Shown piece by piece: positions 30,551 through 39,886 of a stretch of DNA of 64,000 nucleotides; within the stretch, counting starts at the first letter, position 1; every line of letters begins with the position of its first letter. The DNA lies in assembly GCA_008080735.1 (NCBI GenBank), contig SHMW01000003.1:1-64000 (forward strand), given 5' to 3'. The notes beneath the pieces were generated by a model. It made no database searches. It was not told where the DNA came from and saw only the letters and a list, made by a program, of their open reading frames with translations. Both the position numbers and the translations under genes were made by a program. Source of the DNA: Promethearchaeota archaeon. GTDB taxonomy: Archaea; Asgardarchaeota; Lokiarchaeia; Sigyniarchaeales; SOKP01.

Positions 30551-30844
30551 GTGCTAAAACTGATGGATTTAAAGCAAATAATCTCTAAAGTACATAATGC
30601 CATATTTTCAAGCGAAAACTCTGTTATATTAGAAGGAGAAGAATATCCTATCGAGAAAACATCTCAAAAGGGATTGAGATGCGTGTATCACGATGAGTAT
30701 TTTTTTGTGGAGCAGAATCCTAATACAGACTCCCATTGGGCAGAAAAAGCAAGAAAAGGGGATCAAATAACATGGGCAATCAAGGGAGATGATTATATTG
30801 CCAATATTCATGATGGAAAATACCATAATTTTAAAGATAAATAG
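30551..30844 (+). CDS. Hypothetical protein
   Basis: 97 aa ORF with natural-looking composition (FVEQNP..S.WA). Confidence 0.65.
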   Translation: MLKLMDLKQIISKVHNAIFSSENSVILEGEEYPIEKTSQKGLRCVYHDEYFFVEQNPNTDSHWAEKARKGDQITWAIKGDDYIANIHDGKYHNFKDK

Positions 30845-30915
30845 TGAAAAAATGGTTCGGTAATAAATGTGAAATATAAGAACTCGTGTAAATAAAAATG
30901 ATTAACTGGTTTGAT

Positions 30916-31167
30916 TTAGGTTGGAACGATGAAATGAGTCGATGTACGTTCTACCCCATCAATCTTGTGGATTCTTGACAATATAACATTGGATATTGTC
31001 TGAATATCTTTACCCTTCACCTTTGCGATAATATCTACCGTTCCTGTTACAACGTTCGCCTCTTCAACTTCATCCATTTCTCTTAATCGTAACACAATTT
31101 CATCGACAAATCCCGCATGACCTTTTATGAAAATATAACACTGGGTTTCACTCATGTTTTTTCTCAC
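30916..31167 (-). CDS. Stand-alone Lrp/AsnC ligand-binding (RAM) domain protein
   Basis: VTGTVDIIAKV and I..IDGVERTSTHF. Confidence 0.85.
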   Translation of the reverse strand: MRKNMSETQCYIFIKGHAGFVDEIVLRLREMDEVEEANVVTGTVDIIAKVKGKDIQTISNVILSRIHKIDGVERTSTHFIVPT

Positions 31168-31294
31168 TTTGTTAGAAATTACTCTTATACATTATTATGA
31201 TATATAAATAATTTTTGGTTAAATTTTGAAGAATATACTTTATCAAATCTGCATTAATTAATTATATCCTCCTTATTATATTTAAACTATTAAC

Positions 31295-31681
31295 GTGAAT
31301 ATTTCACAGAGAAACATGAAAAAAATAGAATCTAATGAAAAGGAAAATAGTAGGCTTATTAAAGATATGATCACATTTCTTAAGTTTCTCTCAAATCAAC
31401 TCAGATTAAAGATTCTCAATCTTCTCCAAAATAGGAAATTGAGTTTAGAAGAACTCTCCTCCAGATTAGATACAAAGGACTCAAGACTTAAAGAAAATTT
31501 GGACGCTTTACTAAAATTAGGAATCCTTACAACTAAAAAAAAGAATAATGAAGTACATTATATGATAGGGCGTAAAAAAATATTTCAAATACTCACTATA
31601 ATTAATAGTTATTGCTCTGAACTTACAGAAGATCAGAAAAAATACTTTGAAAATTTAAGCGTTTTAGATACCTTACTCTAA
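31295..31681 (+). CDS. ArsR-like winged-helix transcriptional regulator
   Basis: LKFLSNQLRLKILNLL...L..L.K.GIL...K....Y. Confidence 0.8.
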   Translation: MNISQRNMKKIESNEKENSRLIKDMITFLKFLSNQLRLKILNLLQNRKLSLEELSSRLDTKDSRLKENLDALLKLGILTTKKKNNEVHYMIGRKKIFQILTIINSYCSELTEDQKKYFENLSVLDTLL

Positions 31682-31714
31682 GCATAATTTTTAATTAACC
31701 CTTAGGAATATATT

Positions 31715-32269
31715 ATGTCGAAAGATGAATTAAGAAATTTTAAGAATTTTAATTTGCTTAAATGTCTTAAATGTGGCAAAAGAGAAAATATTTCTCGCCA
31801 GAAACTAGACCATCCTTTTTCACTCAAGCAGAGTCTTATAAAAGCAGTTATCAAGAATTCGATGGATCAAGTAGATATAATCATCCCGATGTGCAAGGAC
31901 TGCCGTAAAGCTTTTTCTAGATGGAATAGCGCAAAAATTATTTCTGAATTATTTGTATGGATATTTATCTCCTTAAGTTTAGTAAGCGTGTTTTTAACTA
32001 TTTTTAGCTTAATTTTACAAATTCCTTTTCCGTTTTATATGTTTATATTACTCCTAATTGGTCTTCTATCTATTATTTTGGGTATAATTCTCCATTTCAT
32101 TTTAAAGAATTCAAAAAACAATCCCTCTAACTATATAAAAATAGAAAAAAGTAATGGTAATTCCATAATTTTAGTTAGATCACCATCGCAATCAAAATGG
32201 ATACCCTACAATGTCTTTTTAGGAAATGCTTATCTTGAAGGTATGGAAATTAATGGAGATACCATTTAA
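31715..32269 (+). CDS. Zinc-finger membrane protein
   Basis: CLKC...CKDC followed by 2 TM helices. Confidence 0.65.
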   Translation: MSKDELRNFKNFNLLKCLKCGKRENISRQKLDHPFSLKQSLIKAVIKNSMDQVDIIIPMCKDCRKAFSRWNSAKIISELFVWIFISLSLVSVFLTIFSLILQIPFPFYMFILLLIGLLSIILGIILHFILKNSKNNPSNYIKIEKSNGNSIILVRSPSQSKWIPYNVFLGNAYLEGMEINGDTI

Positions 32270-32282
32270 ACAGACTTATTAA

Positions 32283-33089
32283 TTATTTCGTAAATCCAGT
32301 TATCGCGTTTAGAAATTCCTCTGGATTTTCCATGAATGGAAGATGCCCAGTGTTTTTTATATCCACTAATTTTGAATTAGGGATGAGATTATGGATTGCC
32401 AAAGTAGCTTTTCTGAGATCTTTTTGGTCATGTTCAGAGGAGATCACCAGTGTGGGAGTACTAATTTTATGCAATTCAGGTTCTAAATTTCTTTCATAAA
32501 AATATTTAATCGCACTTAATCCCGCGTGTTTAGCTGTTTTTAGTGAACTTTTTACGAAGAAATCTATTTCTTCCTCATTGGGCGGATTTAAGAAAAATCG
32601 AGGCACCATTTTTCGCATTAATTTTTCTGGATTCTTTCGATACATTCTAATTGTCATTTTCCACACGATCTTGGAAAAAAGATTTCTTGCAAGATACGCT
32701 GAGGTGTTTGAACTAATAAGGTGAGTCAGAGTTTCTGGATATCGAAGAGCATAATCAAGTACGATGTATCCTCCCATACTCTGTCCTAAGATAATGAAAC
32801 CTTTATCCCAATTTAGGTGTTTTGCCAAATTATAGAGATCATTCGAAAAGACTTCGTGTGTATAATCCATCTCGGGTTTTGATGAGTCCCCATGTCCGCG
32901 CAAGTCAGGCACCACGACATCATAGTCGTTTTTAACTAAGTCCGGAGTAAAACTATCCCACAACTCTTTGAAACCCGTCCAGCCATGAACAAGCATCATT
33001 TTCTGTGAATTGCCTTCTCCCCAGCGTTTATATGCAAGATCTAAGTTGCTTTCTATAGAATATTTGTTTACAATACCATTACTACTCAT
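32283..33089 (-). CDS. Alpha/beta hydrolase
   Basis: VHGW, DLRGHGDS, GQSMGG nucleophile elbow and GHL. Confidence 0.92.
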   Translation of the reverse strand: MSSNGIVNKYSIESNLDLAYKRWGEGNSQKMMLVHGWTGFKELWDSFTPDLVKNDYDVVVPDLRGHGDSSKPEMDYTHEVFSNDLYNLAKHLNWDKGFIILGQSMGGYIVLDYALRYPETLTHLISSNTSAYLARNLFSKIVWKMTIRMYRKNPEKLMRKMVPRFFLNPPNEEEIDFFVKSSLKTAKHAGLSAIKYFYERNLEPELHKISTPTLVISSEHDQKDLRKATLAIHNLIPNSKLVDIKNTGHLPFMENPEEFLNAITGFTK

Positions 33090-33215
33090 ATTGATAGCTC
33101 TTATTATAATTTTAATTCTTGAAAATCATAATGAAGGGTTTTCATAATAAGTTATGGGACTCTCTACCCATTCCCAATAAATAATTTTAAATACGAATTA
33201 TGATAAAAAAGTATA

Positions 33216-33302
33216 ATGATCTCATGTAATGCTAATGCGGAAGAGTCTATAGGTTTTGTGTGGGCTATAGCTCTGGCTATCGCCGCTGCAGTAGCATTAT
33301 AA
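33216..33302 (+). CDS. Putative leader peptide (uORF) of ilvE, MISCNANAEESIGFVWAIALAIAAAVAL
   Basis: 28-codon ORF 22 nt downstream of TTTAAATA (33186-33193); last 12 residues are only A/I/L/V; 135 nt upstream of ilvE. Confidence 0.55.
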   Translation: MISCNANAEESIGFVWAIALAIAAAVAL

Positions 33303-33370
33303 AGCAAGATAGCTTTTCTTGACTTCTTTTAGGTATTATATTCTTTTGAAGGGCATCTTGCTTTTGTGGT
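33227..33370 (+). promoter_or_regulatory. Structured 5' leader RNA of ilvE (three-way junction plus long hairpin)
   Basis: Pairings read by eye: 33227-33240/33286-33299, 33242-33252/33265-33274, 33275-77/33282-84 and 33301-33318/33348-33364. Confidence 0.6.
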
Positions 33371-33437
33371 ATTCTTATCTAAATGAGGTCAGTCATAAAG
33401 CGCTTGTGGGAGATCTAAACAAAAAAAGTGAAAAAAT

Positions 33438-34472
33438 ATGCAAGCGACAAGAAAAGAAATAGATTTTAATAATCTTGGGTTTGATTTTATTCAAACTGAT
33501 TGGATGTTCCTTTCCGATTTCAAAAATTGCGAATGGGATGATGGTGAGCTCCTTCCTTACGGATCCATCGAATTATCTCCCTCGGCATGTATATTGAATT
33601 ACGGACAAGGAATTTTTGAAGGAATGAAAGCCTTAAAATCTAAGGATGGAAGAACGACATTATTTCGTCCCTCTGAAAATGCAAAGAGATTTATAAAAAG
33701 CGCAGAACGGTTAGTTATGCCCCCATTTGATGAATCAGAATTTTTAAATGCCGTGAAAAAAGTCGTGCGGGCAAATGAGCACTTCGTTCCTCCATATGAG
33801 ACGGGAGGGTCACTCTATATTCGTCCTTTGATGATCGGAACTGAGCCTTTATTAGGGATAAAGCCTGCTAAAGAGTACAAATTCATCATATTTTGCTCTC
33901 CTGTGGGACCCTATTTTCCAGAAGGATTTAGTAGCATTAATCTTCTTATATCTAAAAAATTCACTCGTGCCAGTCTTGGAGGGACAGGATTTTCAAAAAC
34001 GTGTTCGAATTATGCGGGGACCATGAAACCTGCAACCGAAGCCAAAAAAGACGGATATGACCAAATCCTTTATCTAGATTCAGTGTTTATGAAATACATC
34101 AGTGAAGTGGGATCCGCTAACTTTTGCGCGATAATAAATGATACATTAGTCACTCCGCGTTTAGATGGTACCATTCTTGAAGGTATCACATTGAAGTCTG
34201 TTCTGACCATCGCAGAAAAGAAATTTGGAATTAAGACCGAACAGAGAGATATATCATATCTGGAACTTTTCGAAGATAGTTGTACTGAAACTTTTTGTAC
34301 AGGCACAGCGGCGGTTATTACACCAATCGGTTCAATAACATATCAACACAAAACCAAGACCTTCAATAATCAAGAGCCCGGAGTTATTACCAAAAAATTA
34401 TATGATACTTTGGTTGGTATCCAGAGATTAGATATTGAAGATGAATTCGGATGGGTTCAAATTCTTGAGTAA
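33438..34472 (+). CDS. ilvE: Branched-chain amino acid aminotransferase (fold IV PLP)
   Basis: LNYGQGIFEGMKA, LYIRP, K..SNY (PLP lysine), ILEGIT and GTAAVITP. Confidence 0.93.
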   Translation: MQATRKEIDFNNLGFDFIQTDWMFLSDFKNCEWDDGELLPYGSIELSPSACILNYGQGIFEGMKALKSKDGRTTLFRPSENAKRFIKSAERLVMPPFDESEFLNAVKKVVRANEHFVPPYETGGSLYIRPLMIGTEPLLGIKPAKEYKFIIFCSPVGPYFPEGFSSINLLISKKFTRASLGGTGFSKTCSNYAGTMKPATEAKKDGYDQILYLDSVFMKYISEVGSANFCAIINDTLVTPRLDGTILEGITLKSVLTIAEKKFGIKTEQRDISYLELFEDSCTETFCTGTAAVITPIGSITYQHKTKTFNNQEPGVITKKLYDTLVGIQRLDIEDEFGWVQILE

Positions 34473-34555
34473 TATTATTTCCTCTCTTTTTTTTTCTTAA
34501 TTTTTACTTTTCTTTCTTTGATTTTAACTATTCAAAGGTTATTTTCATATCAATT

Positions 34556-35587
34556 TTACATTTGGAAAAACAGAAATTTAAAAATTGTATATCCTATAAA
34601 AATACTCACCATTACTCCTGCTTCATATCTATTTAAAATTTCACTAGTCCAGAAGAATAAGAAGATGAAACCGATAGCAATAAATAACAATGGAATTTCG
34701 TAAATCAATAATACATTTGGGACCTTAAAACTTACAATTATAGCACCAGATCCTGTGGCTAATAAGATATCACAAATATTCGAGCCTAATATATCACCAA
34801 CCGCTATTCCAAATGAATCTCTCCGTATTGCTACAATACTCGCTATTAATTCGGGTAGACTGGTTTCCAACCCAAGGATAAAAATACCAACGATGTTTTC
34901 TGGGATACCGAATTCTCTTGCTAACTCATGACCCGATAATAAGGTAATTTCGGCACCAATGATTAAAGCTAATAATCCGAAAACCGTATATGCTAGATCT
35001 TTTGATATTGAACAATCTGGTGTCTCTTTCTTCTCACAATCAGGTTTAATCTCTTCAAACTCAATTCCATCTCTTTGTCTCAAAAATTCTTGGATCTCCC
35101 TTTGCTTTCTGGTTACGCGGCGCTCACTGTAGATTATAAGTATTAAATAGATTATATATGAAATGATGAGAATTAAAGCTTCAATTTGAGTGATTATTCC
35201 ATCCAATGCAATAATGAAGAAAATAAATAGTGCTATTGCCATACTCACACCCTCTCTCTTAAGTTTCCATCGACTAATAAAAATTGGCTGAATTATACCA
35301 AGAATTCCAATTATTAAGGTAATTTGGGTAAGGAATGAACCCACTTTATTCCCGATCACAATAGCGTCTATGCCATGGTTTAAGCCAAATATTTTATCGA
35401 TTCCTCCCATTATACTAACAGCGATTTCCGGAAGACTTGTCCCAATCGACAGAATCGTCAACCCAATTAAAAGTTGGCTAATTCCAAACCTTAAGGCCAA
35501 ATTTTCTAATCCAATGACTACTAATTTCGACCCAAAGTACAACCCAAGAAATCCTAAACAGAGACCAATGATTATTGCCCATAGCAT
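34556..35587 (-). CDS. Ca2+/cation antiporter (CaCA, YrbG-like)
   Basis: Two alpha repeats: GTSLPE...GNKVGS and ETSLPE...GDILGSN. Confidence 0.9.
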   Translation of the reverse strand: MLWAIIIGLCLGFLGLYFGSKLVVIGLENLALRFGISQLLIGLTILSIGTSLPEIAVSIMGGIDKIFGLNHGIDAIVIGNKVGSFLTQITLIIGILGIIQPIFISRWKLKREGVSMAIALFIFFIIALDGIITQIEALILIISYIIYLILIIYSERRVTRKQREIQEFLRQRDGIEFEEIKPDCEKKETPDCSISKDLAYTVFGLLALIIGAEITLLSGHELAREFGIPENIVGIFILGLETSLPELIASIVAIRRDSFGIAVGDILGSNICDILLATGSGAIIVSFKVPNVLLIYEIPLLFIAIGFIFLFFWTSEILNRYEAGVMVSIFIGYTIFKFLFFQM

Positions 35588-35795
35588 TTGAAAAATTAAT
35601 ATGCTAATTCTATAAAAAATTAAGGAAAAGCAAAATCAGAATCACCAAAATTATGAATAATTATTGGATATTTTTTCCAATGAATTAATTTGACGATTTA
35701 ACAAAATAAAATAATAAGATTGTGGTTATCAGACGACCTCCATCATTGCTTTAACTTGTCCTTAGGTTAAAATATTTTTTTTTAAAAAAGGAAGG

Positions 35796-36629
35796 TTAAA
35801 TTAAATTTCCGCAATAATTCCCGCCAAAGGGTCGCTTAGAGATTGGCTTAATCACTTGAAAGGGTTTATGCCCTATCATTTCATAGGGAATACTGAAAAT
35901 CTCACAAAACTCTTTGATAAAAGGAGTTATTGTCCTTTCTGTTTCTTTTTTTAGCTCATAAACCTTAGCTCCTACACCTAACCTTGTTTCTAAATCCTCA
36001 TCGGTTCTGAGCACTATTTTGCCTCTATGGATACCTGTACCTAATTCTCCTCCGCAGATCGGATATTCACTTTCAACAACCGTTCCATCATCTCGAATGT
36101 CCAATCCCAATACAATGATCAATCCTCCCGCCATATATTCTCCCAAAAAATCTTTTGCGGTTCCTCCGATAAGCACTACGGGAAATTTTTGTTTATATTC
36201 CTTGATATGAATCCCAACTCTGTATCCTACATCTTCTTTAATATAAATTTTCCCCCCTCGCGCCGAAAGCCCTATTACATCTCCACCATCACCGTGTATA
36301 ATCAATGTTCCATCATTCATCGTATTCCCTGCTTGATCTTCACAATTTCCATTCACAACGATTCGTGGACCATCCATAAAAATTCCAAGATCATTTCCAG
36401 GAAGGCCGTTAATTTCAAGTTTTAAGTCTCCTTGTAGGGACGCACCGATGAATCGTTGACCGCACACATCATTTAACACAACTTTTGAATACCCATTTCT
36501 AAGTGCACCATGAATTTTTTCGTTTAAATCTTTATAATTGAGAGGCCGACCGTTTGGAGCAGCATCAATCTGAATCGATCCTTTCTTTTTCATTTCATAT
36601 TCTAATTTCTGATTTTTGTTTTCAATCAT
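35796..36629 (-). CDS. Glutamate synthase GXGXG (domain 3) subunit
   Basis: GQRFIG, GNDLG.FMDG, AGNTM..G and FLGEYMAGG beta-helix repeats. Confidence 0.9.
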   Translation of the reverse strand: MIENKNQKLEYEMKKKGSIQIDAAPNGRPLNYKDLNEKIHGALRNGYSKVVLNDVCGQRFIGASLQGDLKLEINGLPGNDLGIFMDGPRIVVNGNCEDQAGNTMNDGTLIIHGDGGDVIGLSARGGKIYIKEDVGYRVGIHIKEYKQKFPVVLIGGTAKDFLGEYMAGGLIIVLGLDIRDDGTVVESEYPICGGELGTGIHRGKIVLRTDEDLETRLGVGAKVYELKKETERTITPFIKEFCEIFSIPYEMIGHKPFQVIKPISKRPFGGNYCGNLI

Positions 36630-36647
36630 ATTTTGTTCTCCATCTTT

Positions 36648-38168
36648 TTATTCGCCCGCATGTTTTACACCCAATATATCGGCGATTTTAGGGTTTGGTC
36701 CTATATAACGCAACCGATCTCGATTTGATCGGAGTGATTCCACCGAATCAATTCCCATCGCTCCTAAAACTTCTTTCAATTCCTCATTCCAGCTATGAAA
36801 CAAGTTAATTATACGATTTCGAGCGACATCTATATCTAATCGCTTTACTAAATATTCTTGTTGAGTTGCTATCCCCCACGAGCAGAGCCCTCTGAAGCAT
36901 TGCTGACAGACCCTACATCCCATCGCAATTAACACGGGCATACTACACATTCCAACATCTGCCCCCAAGGCGATTGCTTTAATTAAATCCGCAGAATATC
37001 GGATAGACCCGCCCGCAACTAATGTAACTTCATCCCGAAGGTTTTCCTCACGGAGTCGCGAATCAACCGCGGCGATCGCTAATTCAATCGGTATTCCTGC
37101 ATGATCTCTAATAATTCTGGGTGCCGCGCCTGTACCACCCCGAAATCCGTCGATAGTCAGAAAATCTGCACCGCCCCTGACAATACCAACAGCGATAGGT
37201 GCTGAATTGTGAACTGCGGCGATTTTGACACCTATAGGAACTTTATAACGTGTTGCCTCTTTTAACGCTGAAATTAACTGTGCGAGATCTTCGATGGAGT
37301 AAATATCATGATGAGGATAGGGTGAAAGTGCGTCAGATCCTTTAGGTATCATCCTCGTCTCTGAGATAAGAGAGTTTACCTTTTCTCCCGGCAGATGGCC
37401 TCCGTGTCCTGGCTTAGCTCCTTGCCCAATTTTAATTTCGATGCCAGCAGCATTTTGTAAATAATTAATATCGACTCCGAAACGTCCAGAAGCAATCTCG
37501 GTGATGATATTAGGGCCATATTCGTAAAAGTCTTTATGCAGACCTCCTTCACCTGAACCAGCTAATATCTTGAGTTCTTTTACTGCCTGATAAATAGCCA
37601 TGCAAGCATTATAGCTGATAGATCCTAAACTCATATGTCCGACCATAATCGGGGAATCAATTTCAAAATTAGGCATAAATTCAGTTTTCAGTGAAATCTC
37701 GTTCGGATTTTCAGCATTTTCTGAAAACACAATTTGTTTAGGTTTTCTACCAAAAAACACTTTCGTTTCAATTGTCTCTCGTAGAGGATCGATACTCGGA
37801 TTAGTAACTTGACATGCATCAAGAAGTAAATCGTCAAATATCGTTCTTATTGGGCGATCATTTCCCGTCGCAGAGAGTAAAACTCCTCCATCACCTGACT
37901 GAGACCAGATTACGTTCCTTATTCTTCGAGTATAGTTTCCATGGGGTGGTAGATATGAGTCGTTTTTCTCAATTCTTATAGCCCCCGCTGGACACATCGC
38001 GACGCATCTTTGACAAGCAACGCATTTCGGATCGTCAGATACGATACGTTCCCCATTGAAAGATAAAGCCTCATAACTACAGTGATTCGTGCACCTTTTG
38101 CATTTTTTACATAGCTCTCTATCCACTTTCACATGGAAATATGAGGGAACGCTGTGTTGTAAAGACAT
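36648..38168 (-). CDS. Glutamate synthase FMN-binding subunit with N-terminal 2x[4Fe-4S] domain
   Basis: Two CxxCxxCxxxC motifs, MSLGS, SGEGG, EIKIGQGAKPG.GGHLPG.KV and a C-terminal Cys cluster (CRVCQQCFRGLC). Confidence 0.93.
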   Translation of the reverse strand: MSLQHSVPSYFHVKVDRELCKKCKRCTNHCSYEALSFNGERIVSDDPKCVACQRCVAMCPAGAIRIEKNDSYLPPHGNYTRRIRNVIWSQSGDGGVLLSATGNDRPIRTIFDDLLLDACQVTNPSIDPLRETIETKVFFGRKPKQIVFSENAENPNEISLKTEFMPNFEIDSPIMVGHMSLGSISYNACMAIYQAVKELKILAGSGEGGLHKDFYEYGPNIITEIASGRFGVDINYLQNAAGIEIKIGQGAKPGHGGHLPGEKVNSLISETRMIPKGSDALSPYPHHDIYSIEDLAQLISALKEATRYKVPIGVKIAAVHNSAPIAVGIVRGGADFLTIDGFRGGTGAAPRIIRDHAGIPIELAIAAVDSRLREENLRDEVTLVAGGSIRYSADLIKAIALGADVGMCSMPVLIAMGCRVCQQCFRGLCSWGIATQQEYLVKRLDIDVARNRIINLFHSWNEELKEVLGAMGIDSVESLRSNRDRLRYIGPNPKIADILGVKHAGE

Positions 38169-38317
38169 TTTTTACTTTTTTACTCTTAAATGATGGTTAT
38201 AATATATTTATTATTAAGTATATATATTATTTATGATTATCTTATATGAAATATAGTCTAGATATATCAGATATATTCTATAATAATAAAGAATTTGGGT
38301 TTTATCATTTGATATGC

Positions 38318-38354
38318 GAGAAAACTCACTCCTTTTAAGGGGTGCGTAATTCTC
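38318..38354. repeat. Isolated GC-richer hairpin resembling an IS200/IS605-type end
   Basis: GAGAA-AACT-CACTCCTT-TT-AAGGGGTG-CGTAA-TTCTC. Confidence 0.3.
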
Positions 38355-38683
38355 TTTTAGTCACGAGTATTTTCTAAGGATTTTTAGTTAGATATATGAA
38401 TTTTTTCCAATATCTTAAATTAATTTCCTTTAAACATGAAATATTTTAGGATTTGGAGCCGATCAACATAGGATTATTAAAATGAATAAGGAGTTGTGCT
38501 CATTTAAAATTTATGTTAGATGCTAATTTCGTAAATTCTTTTAGAAAGTTTTTTAAAGATGGATTCTCCAGTTTTACATTCTTTAGATATGCATTAGATA
38601 ATAGTTTAAAGGCAGCTTGAATAGTATGAATTGAAATCATAAAAATATCTGAACAAAGCTAACTCCACCAATAAAAGATTTTT

Positions 38684-39880
38684 TCAACTTCGAATTGCTC
38701 CCTCGACTTTGAGATTAATTTTTTCGAAAGGTTTTTCTAAACCGTCTCTCAGTATTCCCTCTCCTATCCTTGCGACTATCGCAGTACCGCTCTTTGGGTG
38801 CCATACATTCTTAAAATTATATTCCTCGATTAGTTTTAGGCGCTTAAATGAAGCTTCCTCACTGCTTAAAAAAAGCGAATCATCATTCTCAGAAATAGCT
38901 GCAACTAATGGGCGTAATTTTTTTCTATCTGAGAGCCCTACCAAAGTTGGTTTTGGATCGGTCAGACCAACCACTATCGAAAATGGTCCATTGAGCATCG
39001 CAGACCTATATGTTGCACGGACATTTTTCAGAGCTATTTGATAATTTTGTTCCATTGTTTCGATATTACTAAATAATGGCGGAGCCAATGCCATGGTCGC
39101 AATTGGAACGGGCATTTTATGTTTACGGATTAATAGATCAAATAAATAGGCGATTACTTCAGTGTCGGTAAATAGAGTACATTTATATCCAAATGATTCT
39201 AAATACCTCATATTTGTTCCATAAGAAGTTATTTCCCCGTTATGTACAACGCTTGTGCCTAATAAATTAAAAGGATGCGCGCCCCCCCACCATCCTGGAG
39301 TATTCGTAGGAAATCGGGAATGAGCTAACCACATATACGCCTTATAATCTTTAATTTTGTAAAAATCGGCTATTTCGTGGGACCATCCATTTCCTTTAAA
39401 CACTCCCATATTTTTACCGGAGGATATAACAAACACACCCTTGAACTTTTCATTTATATGCATAACCAATTGAACAACTTGCTCATCTTCTGAGATGCTT
39501 TTTTTTTTTTTAGGTTCATAAAAAACTCTCCAGGTAATAGGAGGATTATCTATATTATGCGGTGCTAAGGTTGGGATTGGTTCTGATTGAATAATGTATC
39601 CCACTTCATCCAAATAGTGCAATAATTTCTCCTTACATTCTTCGGTATCTATGAGAAAATGAAGAGCATAATAATCTTTATAATTGGGATATATTCCATA
39701 GCCCGCAAATCCCGCGCCTAATCCATTTTCTCTTTCGCTTAAAATACACAACATATCGATGATTTGGTCACCACTATCACGTTTTCCATCAATATTAATA
39801 TATCCAGAGATTCCACAACCATCAAACACACGTTGATTGCGAAATTTCTCGGGTAAACTTGTATAATTATTCCAATTCAT
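38684..39880 (-). CDS. Class II glutamine amidotransferase subunit of glutamate synthase (domain 1)
   Basis: GCGISG, RENGLG.G, HSRFPTNT, AHPF, HNGEI, DTEV and DR.KLRP. Confidence 0.9.
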   Translation of the reverse strand: MNWNNYTSLPEKFRNQRVFDGCGISGYINIDGKRDSGDQIIDMLCILSERENGLGAGFAGYGIYPNYKDYYALHFLIDTEECKEKLLHYLDEVGYIIQSEPIPTLAPHNIDNPPITWRVFYEPKKKKSISEDEQVVQLVMHINEKFKGVFVISSGKNMGVFKGNGWSHEIADFYKIKDYKAYMWLAHSRFPTNTPGWWGGAHPFNLLGTSVVHNGEITSYGTNMRYLESFGYKCTLFTDTEVIAYLFDLLIRKHKMPVPIATMALAPPLFSNIETMEQNYQIALKNVRATYRSAMLNGPFSIVVGLTDPKPTLVGLSDRKKLRPLVAAISENDDSLFLSSEEASFKRLKLIEEYNFKNVWHPKSGTAIVARIGEGILRDGLEKPFEKINLKVEGAIRS

Positions 39881-39886
39881 TTTTTT

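Noticed and set aside
33360-33380. T-box riboswitch upstream of ilvE (TGTGGTATT)
   Set aside because: Only a partial match to the GGTGGxACC T-box, with no recognizable stem I or specifier loop; an Rfam scan would settle it.
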